Source of the DNA: Candidatus Adlerbacteria bacterium
GTDB lineage: Bacteria > Patescibacteriota > Minisyncoccia > Phycocordibacterales > SBAW01
Assembly (NCBI GenBank): GCA_037135035.1
Contig: JBAXLB010000002.1
Span: forward strand, 71,680 to 135,679
Direction of reading: 5' to 3'
DNA length: 64,000 nucleotides
The first letter of the stretch is position 1. Each line of letters begins with the position of its first letter. Position numbers and translations under genes: made by a program. The notes under the pieces are model-generated. The model was not told where the DNA came from, searched no databases, and worked only from the letters and a program-made list of their open reading frames with translations. Positions 1 through 7,699 of this stretch are shown here, in pieces.

Positions 1-1593
1 ATTGTCTTCAATGATACTTCCGCTTGCGTCTTGGATTTTTAATATTGCCTGGGGTTGATACTTCATGCCGTCCTGCGCAAACACGCCGTACGCGCTCGAC
101 ATGTCGAGTAGAGTTACTTCACCACCACCAAGCACCAACGTTAAGCCATATTGGCCCGCCTTACCTAAGGTTGAAATACCCATAGACTTTGCCAATTCAA
201 GCGAGTTGGCAATACCTGCCAAGTACAGAGCCTTAATAGCTGGCACGTTTATAGACTGCGCAAGCGCATCGCGGAGCGTCATAGGGCCGCGGAAGAGCCC
301 GTCGTAGTTAACCGGCGAATAACACGGTGAGGTGCTGTTGGTGGTGTCCCCAGCAGAGCACGAGGTAGAAAATTGCGTTCGCACGTCAAACACAACAGTG
401 TCGGGGGTGTAGCCTTTTTCAAACGCTTCAGCATAGACGAACGGTTTAAATGCAGAACCTGGCTGGCGTTCTGCTAGTGTGACGTTGAAATTTCCACCAA
501 TTTTTGTGTCGAAGTAGTTCCGGGAGCCTACCATTACCAAAATTTGGCCATTGGTGGGGTCGAGGGCTATCATCCCGGTGTTCGATGCGTTAAAATTTTT
601 TTCGTTGCTCGCGGCGTGCCCTTGGACAACTTCTTCGGCTTTTGCTTGCAAGTCTGCATCTAGCGAGGAAGTTATTGTCCAGCCTCCGTGTTGTAGTGCA
701 TCTTCTCCATATTTATTTTCCAAATATTGCTGGACGTAAAATACAAAGTGCGGCGCGGTGATGGAGCTTGTGCGTTGCGGCACAAAGGTCACCTGTTCGG
801 CTTTTGCCTTCGTAGCTTCTTCCGCTGTCAGGTAGCCGTGTTGCTGCATTTCCCGAATGACAAGGTTTTTACGGGCATCAAGTTCTGCTTTGTGGTAACC
901 GTAGGGGGAATAGCGGCTTGGGGCGGGGAGTACAGCGGCAAGGTACGCGGCTTCCGCAACGTCCACGTCCGACGCATGTTTGCCAAAAAATGTTTCGGAC
1001 GCTTGCTCGACCCCGTAGATACTACCCCCGTACGGCGACTGGTTTAAATACAGCTCAAGAATTTGCGACTTTGTGAGTACGCGTTCAAGCTTGAGTGATA
1101 AAATCCATTCTTCAAACTTACGGGCGATACTTTTAGTACTTGTGAGAAGTGTGTTTTTAACCACCTGCTGGGTAATGGTTGAGCCTCCTTGCGACGCAGA
1201 GAGGGTAGTGATGTCGATAAAAATAGCGCGGGCAATGGCGGTGACCTGTATACCACCATGTTGGTAAAAGCCCGGGTCTTCTATTGCGATAGTTGCGTTT
1301 TGAATATTTTGAGAGATCTGGGTGAGAGGCACAACCGTCCGTTGTGCGTCGCTGTTGAGGTTGTACAACAATACGGTGCCGGTGCGGTCATATATTTTTG
1401 TCGACTGTTGGACTTTACGGGTTTGTATGGACGCAAGGTCGGGAATTTGCAGTGTTGCAGCCCACATAAGCAATATTCCTCCTAGTAGAAAGCCTGCGCA
1501 CAAGCCCCATATAACGATTCCTTGTATATGCCGCCGCACAAAACGGCGTAGTCGCCGAATATGTATACGCACCCATTTCAGGAGTTGCCTCAT
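1..1593 (-). CDS. Class A penicillin-binding protein (transglycosylase/transpeptidase), 3' end beyond window start
   Basis: Not in ORF track because it runs off the window. Manual translation from ATG 1593 gives MRQLLKWVRIH..., an N-terminal TM, GT motifs IAIEDPGFYQHGG and QGGSTITQQVVKN, and TP motif RQPGSAFKP (SxxK). Confidence 0.93.
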   Translation of the reverse strand, partial: MRQLLKWVRIHIRRLRRFVRRHIQGIVIWGLCAGFLLGGILLMWAATLQIPDLASIQTRKVQQSTKIYDRTGTVLLYNLNSDAQRTVVPLTQISQNIQNATIAIEDPGFYQHGGIQVTAIARAIFIDITTLSASQGGSTITQQVVKNTLLTSTKSIARKFEEWILSLKLERVLTKSQILELYLNQSPYGGSIYGVEQASETFFGKHASDVDVAEAAYLAAVLPAPSRYSPYGYHKAELDARKNLVIREMQQHGYLTAEEATKAKAEQVTFVPQRTSSITAPHFVFYVQQYLENKYGEDALQHGGWTITSSLDADLQAKAEEVVQGHAASNEKNFNASNTGMIALDPTNGQILVMVGSRNYFDTKIGGNFNVTLAERQPGSAFKPFVYAEAFEKGYTPDTVVFDVRTQFSTSCSAGDTTNSTSPCYSPVNYDGLFRGPMTLRDALAQSINVPAIKALYLAGIANSLELAKSMGISTLGKAGQYGLTLVLGGGEVTLLDMSSAYGVFAQDGMKYQPQAILKIQDASGSIIEDN

Positions 1594-1629
1594 GAGCCCC
1601 CATTCTAACACGCGACCGCCCATGTTACA

Positions 1630-2853
1630 GTGTTTTGCATGGGACTTTTTTCACGCGCTCCGGCAGTTTCGACCGATGAAAAGGAAATAGACAAACTCTT
1701 AAACCGAGGAGTTCTTGTTAGTGTTTTACCTACAAAAGAGGCGTTTCGTGAAAAATTACTTTCTGGTGAACGTTTGCGCATATATATTGGAGCAGACCCT
1801 ACTTCAACCGCCTTGCACTTGAGCCATGCGAAGAATTACATGTTGCTTGAAGATTTTCGTCGTCTTGGTCACGAAGTAATAGTTTTGTTTGGCGACTTTA
1901 CGGCCCAAATTGGTGACCCAACCGAGCGTGCTTCTGTTCGCAAACAGCTAACACCAGAAGATGTTCAGGTAAATATGCAGACATGGAAGAAACAACTCGA
2001 ACCAATTCTAGATTTTTCTGACTCAAAAAATCCGGCACTTGTAAAATTTAATAGCGAATGGTTGGGCAAACTTTCGTTTGCAGATGTTGTACGCCTTGCG
2101 TCGAACTTTACCGTACAGCAAATGCTTGAGAGAGATATGTTTGAGCGTCGCATTAAAGCTGGCGAAATGGTGCATTTGCACGAGTTTCTCTACCCACTTA
2201 TGCAAGGCTATGACAGCGTGGCGATGGAGGTTGACGCGGAAATGGGGGGGACTGACCAAACCTTCAACATGCTTGCGGGCCGTACGTTGATGAAACGTCT
2301 GAAGCAAAAAGATAAATTTGTACTAGTCGTACATTTGCTCGAAAACCCAGTCACTGGTGAGCTAATGTCTAAAAGTCGTGGCACTGGCGTTTTCCTCAAC
2401 GCTACAGCTACAGAAATGTACGGTCAGTTAATGGCACAACCAGATGAAATGACCAAACCTATTTTTATAAACTGCACACGACTACCAAAAGAAGAAATAG
2501 AAACAATTATTTCTATTCACCCTAAAGAAGCAAAGATGCGTTTAGCGCGGGAGATTGTCACGATGTACCACAGTCGGGAGTTGGCAGAAAAAGCAGAACA
2601 AGAGTGGGAAAAAACTTTTTCAAAAGGTGAGGTGCCTGAAGATGTGTTAGTTGTAGAAAAAAAGCCTGAAGGTTTGATGATGTCGGTTGTCTCGGCTGGT
2701 GTTGTAAAGTCAAACACTGAGTTCCGCCAGTTGCTTGCCAGTGGTGCAATTTCTTCTGTGGCAAGTGGAGAGAAAATTACAGACGCACAGTATCAAGCTA
2801 CGAGCGAAGAGGTGATACGTATAGGCAAACACCGCTTTATAAAGATCAAATAA
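1630..2853 (+). CDS. tyrS: Tyrosine--tRNA ligase
   Basis: YIGADPTSTALHLSH (HIGH-like), YPLMQGYD, GGTDQTFN, LMSKS, C-terminal S4-like IRIGKHRF. Exact start uncertain. Confidence 0.96.
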   Translation: MFCMGLFSRAPAVSTDEKEIDKLLNRGVLVSVLPTKEAFREKLLSGERLRIYIGADPTSTALHLSHAKNYMLLEDFRRLGHEVIVLFGDFTAQIGDPTERASVRKQLTPEDVQVNMQTWKKQLEPILDFSDSKNPALVKFNSEWLGKLSFADVVRLASNFTVQQMLERDMFERRIKAGEMVHLHEFLYPLMQGYDSVAMEVDAEMGGTDQTFNMLAGRTLMKRLKQKDKFVLVVHLLENPVTGELMSKSRGTGVFLNATATEMYGQLMAQPDEMTKPIFINCTRLPKEEIETIISIHPKEAKMRLAREIVTMYHSRELAEKAEQEWEKTFSKGEVPEDVLVVEKKPEGLMMSVVSAGVVKSNTEFRQLLASGAISSVASGEKITDAQYQATSEEVIRIGKHRFIKIK

Positions 2854-2880
2854 AAAAACCGCCACATGGCGGTTTTTTTA
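2852..2880. terminator. Bidirectional intrinsic terminator
   Basis: AAAAAAACCGCCA-CA-TGGCGGTTTTTTT between tyrS and the convergent small ORF. Confidence 0.85.
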
Positions 2881-3027
2881 TTATTCGGGATCTCTAAGCC
2901 CATTAGGGTCAGTAGGATCTACGTCATCTTCCTTTTCTTCTTCATCATCGACTTCAGAGTCGTCGGTACCTACTTCTTCCTCGTCTCCATCGAGCAAAAA
3001 CTCATCTAACTTAAATTCTTCTGGCAT
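2881..3027 (-). CDS. 48-aa extremely acidic microprotein (below ORF-track cutoff)
   Basis: MPEEFKLDEFLLDGDEEEVGTDDSEVDDEEEKEDDVDPTDPNGLRDPE. Tandem TAA TAA stop abuts the terminator. Upstream TTGCAA-16-TACAAC promoter-like sequence. Confidence 0.7.
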   Translation of the reverse strand: MPEEFKLDEFLLDGDEEEVGTDDSEVDDEEEKEDDVDPTDPNGLRDPE

Positions 3028-3115
3028 ATATGCGTTGCTAACTTAATAATTTACACAGCAATATCCTAGAGTTGTACCAAAACCAGTATTCTTTGCAAGT
3101 CCGCTAAAAAAACTC

Positions 3116-3124
3116 TGTGGATAA
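3116..3124 (-). promoter_or_regulatory. Perfect DnaA box TTATCCACA
   Basis: + strand TGTGGATAA in the gap between ruvC and the microprotein. Single copy, so it could be chance. Confidence 0.4.
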
Positions 3125-3128
3125 GCAT

Positions 3129-3623
3129 TTACCGAGGGCCTCGGACAGACGCCAAACAGGTCAAACCAATAGCAATTGCATCTATCTCGTCGTCAAGACG
3201 TTTTTTAGCAGGTAGTGATACAAGGCGGGGGACCATCATGCCAACAGCTGACTTGTCGCTCTGGCCGTAGCCGGTAATTGCAACTTTTACCTGTAGCGGT
3301 GTGTATTCGTACACTACAAGCCCGGCCTCGGCAGCAAGATAGAGCAACAGGCCGCGCACAGCCGCAACGTCCATGGCGGTTTTTGCGTTTTTTTCAAAAA
3401 AAACATTTTCAAGTGCGGCACAACCCGGGCCCCACTGTGTGATAAGTTCTTCTGCTGCGCGACCTAGTATTAATAGACGTTCTGCAAACGGCAGGGAAGC
3501 AGAGGTACGTATGCAGTCGGAATGTATCAGTTGTTCTTTACCTTGGACTTTTTCAACCACAGCAACCCCGAGCCTCTCAAAGCCGGGGTCAAAGGCAAGT
3601 ACTCTATTTTTATTAGGCTGCAT
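3129..3623 (-). CDS. ruvC: Holliday junction resolvase RuvC
   Basis: VLAFDPG, LENVFF, YTPLQVKVAITGYG, DDEIDAIAIG. Confidence 0.95.
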   Translation of the reverse strand: MQPNKNRVLAFDPGFERLGVAVVEKVQGKEQLIHSDCIRTSASLPFAERLLILGRAAEELITQWGPGCAALENVFFEKNAKTAMDVAAVRGLLLYLAAEAGLVVYEYTPLQVKVAITGYGQSDKSAVGMMVPRLVSLPAKKRLDDEIDAIAIGLTCLASVRGPR

Positions 3624-4137
3624 TTGAGTAAACCTCACTCACGTCATCGTGTTCTTCAAGTGCGTCGGAGAGGTCGGCCATTTTTTGTGAGTCCTCGTCC
3701 GAAAGTTCGATAGCAGAAAGAGGTTCAAAGCTGCCCGCAGCATTTTTTTGGAAAGCCCACAGTGCGGCACCGGGTGTCGCGATACTTCCGCCATGCAGGC
3801 TTAAGAGATGCTTCAATTCCTGCGAGGTGCGGTTACGCGAGTCAGTGTAGCCTTCGATAATAAGTGCACAGCCGCCCGGACCATAGGCTTCGTATACAAC
3901 CTGTTCAAGTTCTTTTCCGTCCGATTTACTTAGTGCGCGCTCGATGTTGTTCGCAGGCATGTTTGCAGCTTTTGCTTTTTCGACTGCTTGGCGTACACCT
4001 GGAGCTGTTTTGTCGCCCCTCGCTTTTTTAAGTTCACCTCCAATAATTTTAACCAACTTACTGAAAAGCTTCGATTTTTGTGTGTCTGTTTTACCTTTAG
4101 TGTGTTTTAATTTCGCCCACTTGCTATGTCCTGACAT
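3613..4137 (-). CDS. yebC: YebC/PmpR family protein (short form)
   Basis: MSGHSKW, YEAYGPGG, DDVSEVYSN. Classic linkage to ruv genes. Confidence 0.95.
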   Translation of the reverse strand: MSGHSKWAKLKHTKGKTDTQKSKLFSKLVKIIGGELKKARGDKTAPGVRQAVEKAKAANMPANNIERALSKSDGKELEQVVYEAYGPGGCALIIEGYTDSRNRTSQELKHLLSLHGGSIATPGAALWAFQKNAAGSFEPLSAIELSDEDSQKMADLSDALEEHDDVSEVYSNAA

Positions 4138-4149
4138 ATGCAGACAATA

Positions 4150-5172
4150 TTACAATAATTTCTCGTGTAAGTTTGCAGGCGGTGTACGGCCCACGTGTGC
4201 ATAGGCAGCGGCAGTTGCAACACGGCCGCGTGGTGTGCGTTCGATAAGGCCGAGCTGCAACAAGAAGGGCTCGTGTACTTCAGAAATTGTCGTAGGCTCT
4301 TCTGACAGTGCTGCGCCAAGTGCGGCAACTCCCGCGGGGCCTCCGTTAAAGCGCTCGATAAGCGCAACAAGTAGTTTGCGGTCTATGGGCGTAAGGCCCA
4401 GCGCGTCCACTTCTAAAAGCCCTAGCGCGTCGGACACAATAGTTTCTGAAAGGGGAAGGCGTTTAAGTTGTGCAAAGTCGCGTGCGCGTTTAAGAAGGTA
4501 GTTTGCAGTACGTGGTGTTGCGCGGCTGCGTTTTGCAATTTCACGCACGCCCCCTTCTTCAATATCAACACCTAAAATGCCCGCCGAGCGCCGTACGATG
4601 TCGGCAATATTGTCTTCCGAATAAAATTCGAGTCGAAATACGCCCCCAGAAAAACGCGAACGCAGCGGGGCCGAAAGGTCTGCAACGCGGGTTGTGGCAG
4701 CGATAAGTGTAAACGGCGGTAGCGGCAACTCAAGCGTACGAGCAGAGGGACCTTTGCCGATGATTATATTAAGTGCACCCGACTCCATAGCAGGGTAGAG
4801 CACTTCCTCGATAGTGCGCGAGAGACGGTGGATTTCGTCGATAAACAGCACGTCGCCAGGGACAAGGTTAGTGAGCAGTGCGGCCAAGTCGCCAACACGT
4901 TCAATTGCGGGGCCGGACGTAGAACGCAAGTTGCCGCCCAGTTCTTTTGCAATTAAGTGGGCGAGTGTTGTTTTACCTAAACCCGGCGGCCCATAAAAAA
5001 GAATGTGTTCGGGAGGGTTGCCGCGCTCTTTTGCTGCAGAAAGTAAAATATGTAAATTGCTTTTAACAGTGTCTTGCCCAATATATTCGTCAAACGACGA
5101 TGGCCGCAGGGTTTGGTCAAGAAAGGTATCGTTCCTTGGTATAAATTTTTCTTCCTCAGAGGTACTTGACAT
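4150..5172 (-). CDS. ruvB: Holliday junction branch migration helicase RuvB
   Basis: [44 protein letters not shown]. Confidence 0.97.
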   Translation of the reverse strand: MSSTSEEEKFIPRNDTFLDQTLRPSSFDEYIGQDTVKSNLHILLSAAKERGNPPEHILFYGPPGLGKTTLAHLIAKELGGNLRSTSGPAIERVGDLAALLTNLVPGDVLFIDEIHRLSRTIEEVLYPAMESGALNIIIGKGPSARTLELPLPPFTLIAATTRVADLSAPLRSRFSGGVFRLEFYSEDNIADIVRRSAGILGVDIEEGGVREIAKRSRATPRTANYLLKRARDFAQLKRLPLSETIVSDALGLLEVDALGLTPIDRKLLVALIERFNGGPAGVAALGAALSEEPTTISEVHEPFLLQLGLIERTPRGRVATAAAYAHVGRTPPANLHEKLL

Positions 5173-5229
5173 AAAATCGATACTATGCTAACCTTGTTTC
5201 AGATCTCGCATGGCGCGAGTTTTTTATTA

Positions 5230-5430
5230 CCTCATTCGGAAAACGACTTTCGAGCGTGCATATCTCTAAGCAATGAGCCTGCAAGGGTTTTGGAGCCATT
5301 ACAAGGACGTTTCGGCACCCACTTAACGGTGGAATGCGGGGGTTATCCTCAGAACTGGTCCTCCGCTTTTTTGCTGGTCAAAAAAGATTATTGCTTAGAG
5401 GTACGCGCTCTCGATATACTTCGAGAACCT
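5230..5430 (-). ncRNA. Rod-shaped structured RNA, 6S RNA-like candidate
   Basis: About 190-200 nt of intergenic sequence. Perfect 11-bp IR CTCTAAGCAAT (5264-5274)/ATTGCTTAGAG (5390-5400), extended by GAGCG/CGCTC, with an inner stem and A-rich bubble. TACAGT -10 at 5442-5437. Hairpins on both sides. Strand not certain. Confidence 0.5.
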
Positions 5431-5491
5431 GTCTCTACTGTACTCCTACCCCGAGTTCCCGCAACGTTGACCGTGCGGTTTTTTGTGCTTT

Positions 5492-7177
5492 TTATACAGC
5501 GTCCAAATCAACAACACGTCGCAGCTCTTCCAAGCTGGTGATACCACGCAAACATTTTAAAATACCGTCTTCTTGCATTGTTGGGACACCTTGCGAACGA
5601 GAGGTGGTTGCTATCTCGCGCTCACTCGGTTTGCTGCGCAAAATTTCTTCAACAGCGCGGTCCATAAAAATAGCTTCATAAATGCCAATGCGGCCTTTGT
5701 ACCCACGACCGTGACATTGTTCGCATCCCGCTTCGTTTGCTACAGATATTTGCGACGTATTTTCAGGCACTAGTGACTTGTCGACAATACTATCTAGATA
5801 TTTTTTTAATGTCGCGGCCTCTTCGGTATTTGCTGGGCGAGTTGTTTTGCATGCAGTGCAGAGTTTGCGCAACAAGCGCTGTGCCATCGCAACGCTCACC
5901 GCAGAGGAGAGCACTTTTTCGCTGACGCCGAGGTCTATAAGGCGGGGGAACGAGCCCGCTGCGTCGTTGGTGTGCAGAGTTGAAAACACTAAGTGGCCTG
6001 TGAGCGCTGCGTTAATCGCAACTTCTGCCACCTCAGCATCGCGGATTTCGCCGACCATAATAATGTCAGGGTCCTGTCGCAAAGCAGAACGCAAGCCCGC
6101 GGCAAAGGTGTAGTTTTTTTTGTCGACCTGTGTTTGCACAATGCCGTTTAGGTGATATTCGACTGGGTCTTCAATAGTAATTATTTTTGTTTCGGTGCTG
6201 TTGACCTTACGCATAAACGCGTAGAGCGTTGTTGTCTTACCGCTACCGGTGGGGCCGGTTGTCAAAATCATGCCGTTTGGTTTTGCAATTTCTTTTGCGA
6301 TTTTCTCGAGCAACTTTGGTTCGATACCGAGTTCTTCCAGGGGTACGGCAATAGACTTTGGGTTCAAAATACGCAAGACCATCGTCTCGGCATAGTTGCC
6401 AGGCAAAATAGAGGTGCGCAATTCTATTTCGTCGCCTTTTACTTTGATACTAAAACGCCCGTCTTGCGCGTCGGCAACAATGTTTAATTTCAAGCCCGAA
6501 AGAAGTTTGAGGCGCGACAACACCAGGCGATACGTTTCGTGGTCAAACGTCAGTACGTCGATAAGCACGCCGTCTAGGCGGTAGCGCAAGCGCACGGCAG
6601 CCTCTTCTGGTTCAAAGTGGATGTCGGATGCGCCAGTTGAAAGCCCTCCCGCCAAAATAACTTCCAATATGCGGGTAATGCGGTATGTGTGCTTCATCGA
6701 CTTAACTGCTTCGTCTATAAGTGCACCGATGTCTGCCAAGCCTTTTACTTTTACAAGAATTTCTTCAAGTTCAGTATTAGAAAGATTAAACACCCCAGCC
6801 TTTGACTCTGTTGCGTAGGAGAGTTCCGAGTAGTGGTCGTAGGCACGCTTTAAACTTTCCTTCGATGCCATAAACAGCACCGGTGTGTAACCAGCTTCTG
6901 TAAGCCGCTTAACTTCTTCCTGCACTTTTGGGTTAAGCGGGGCGCGTACGGCAAGACTTATGCGTTTGCCGACAAGCCCGAATGCTGCCATTTCTGCAGC
7001 GCGCGCTACAGCATCGGGTATTAGGCGCAATGCATCGCTGTTAACTGCAACAAGCGAAAGGTCGATATAGTCGACGCCATATTTGTGTGACAACATTTGC
7101 GACAACTCTTCTTCCTCGCGGCGTTTGAGGAAGTCGACGTGCTTTTCTTGTTCATCATCTCCAAAGACTACAGTCAT
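5492..7177 (-). CDS. pilB: Type IV pilus/T2SS assembly ATPase (PilB/GspE family)
   Basis: ASDIHFEP, QDGRF, GPTGSGKTTTLY, IEDPVEY, LRQDPDIIMVGEIRD, TGHLVFSTLHTN, two CxxC zinc motifs. Confidence 0.93.
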   Translation of the reverse strand: MTVVFGDDEQEKHVDFLKRREEEELSQMLSHKYGVDYIDLSLVAVNSDALRLIPDAVARAAEMAAFGLVGKRISLAVRAPLNPKVQEEVKRLTEAGYTPVLFMASKESLKRAYDHYSELSYATESKAGVFNLSNTELEEILVKVKGLADIGALIDEAVKSMKHTYRITRILEVILAGGLSTGASDIHFEPEEAAVRLRYRLDGVLIDVLTFDHETYRLVLSRLKLLSGLKLNIVADAQDGRFSIKVKGDEIELRTSILPGNYAETMVLRILNPKSIAVPLEELGIEPKLLEKIAKEIAKPNGMILTTGPTGSGKTTTLYAFMRKVNSTETKIITIEDPVEYHLNGIVQTQVDKKNYTFAAGLRSALRQDPDIIMVGEIRDAEVAEVAINAALTGHLVFSTLHTNDAAGSFPRLIDLGVSEKVLSSAVSVAMAQRLLRKLCTACKTTRPANTEEAATLKKYLDSIVDKSLVPENTSQISVANEAGCEQCHGRGYKGRIGIYEAIFMDRAVEEILRSKPSEREIATTSRSQGVPTMQEDGILKCLRGITSLEELRRVVDLDAV

Positions 7178-7225
7178 ATATACATCATACAACGCATTTC
7201 TCCAGAAATTTGCTAGACTGCCCGT

Positions 7226-7699
7226 ATGAAAGTACAGAAAGAAGAACTGCCCAACTTTGTGCAGGAAGTATTGGCAAGAGCCTTCGCGGAACCCTCTGCG
7301 TCGATCTCCGGCTCCGCAACCGGATTCCGCTCCGGCTCAACGGCGTTTGTGATAGCCCTGCGCGGGAACTTGGGTGCAGGTAAGACAACATTTACACAAA
7401 GCCTGGCCCAGGCGCTTGGTGTTACAGACACGGTGCAAAGCCCAACGTACGTATTAATGAAGTCGTATCCAATCTCATTCGGTCGTTTTAAAAAATTAGT
7501 GCACATAGATGCATACCGGCTGGATGCGCCCGAGCAATTTAGTGCACTCCTGCCTGAGCAGTTTCTTTCCGACAAAGAGGTGCTGGTTGTTATTGAATGG
7601 CCGGAACGTGTCGAAGGGCAGCTCCCAAAACCCGATGTTGTATTAAATTTTTCTGCTGATGGCGCAAGTGAGGAAGAGCGGTATATTGAAGTAGCATGA
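7226..7699 (+). CDS. tsaE: tRNA threonylcarbamoyladenosine biosynthesis ATPase TsaE
   Basis: GNLGAGKTT, VQSPTY, HIDAYRL, IEWPE. Extra low-complexity segment before the P-loop. Confidence 0.95.
   Translation: MKVQKEELPNFVQEVLARAFAEPSASISGSATGFRSGSTAFVIALRGNLGAGKTTFTQSLAQALGVTDTVQSPTYVLMKSYPISFGRFKKLVHIDAYRLDAPEQFSALLPEQFLSDKEVLVVIEWPERVEGQLPKPDVVLNFSADGASEEERYIEVA

Noticed and set aside
65-1690. Short + strand ORFs in the track
   Set aside because: They are shadows of the minus-strand PBP gene, which the track misses because it runs off the window.
5166-5194. TTGACA-17-TAACCT promoter on + strand
   Set aside because: TTGACA is the reverse complement of the ruvB start region, and a terminator-like hairpin follows immediately. 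Probably coincidental, although it leaves the ncRNA strand uncertain.
5185-5681. ORFs 5185-5541 and 5334-5681
   Set aside because: No protein-like features; they cross terminator hairpins and the structured RNA and overlap pilB antisense.
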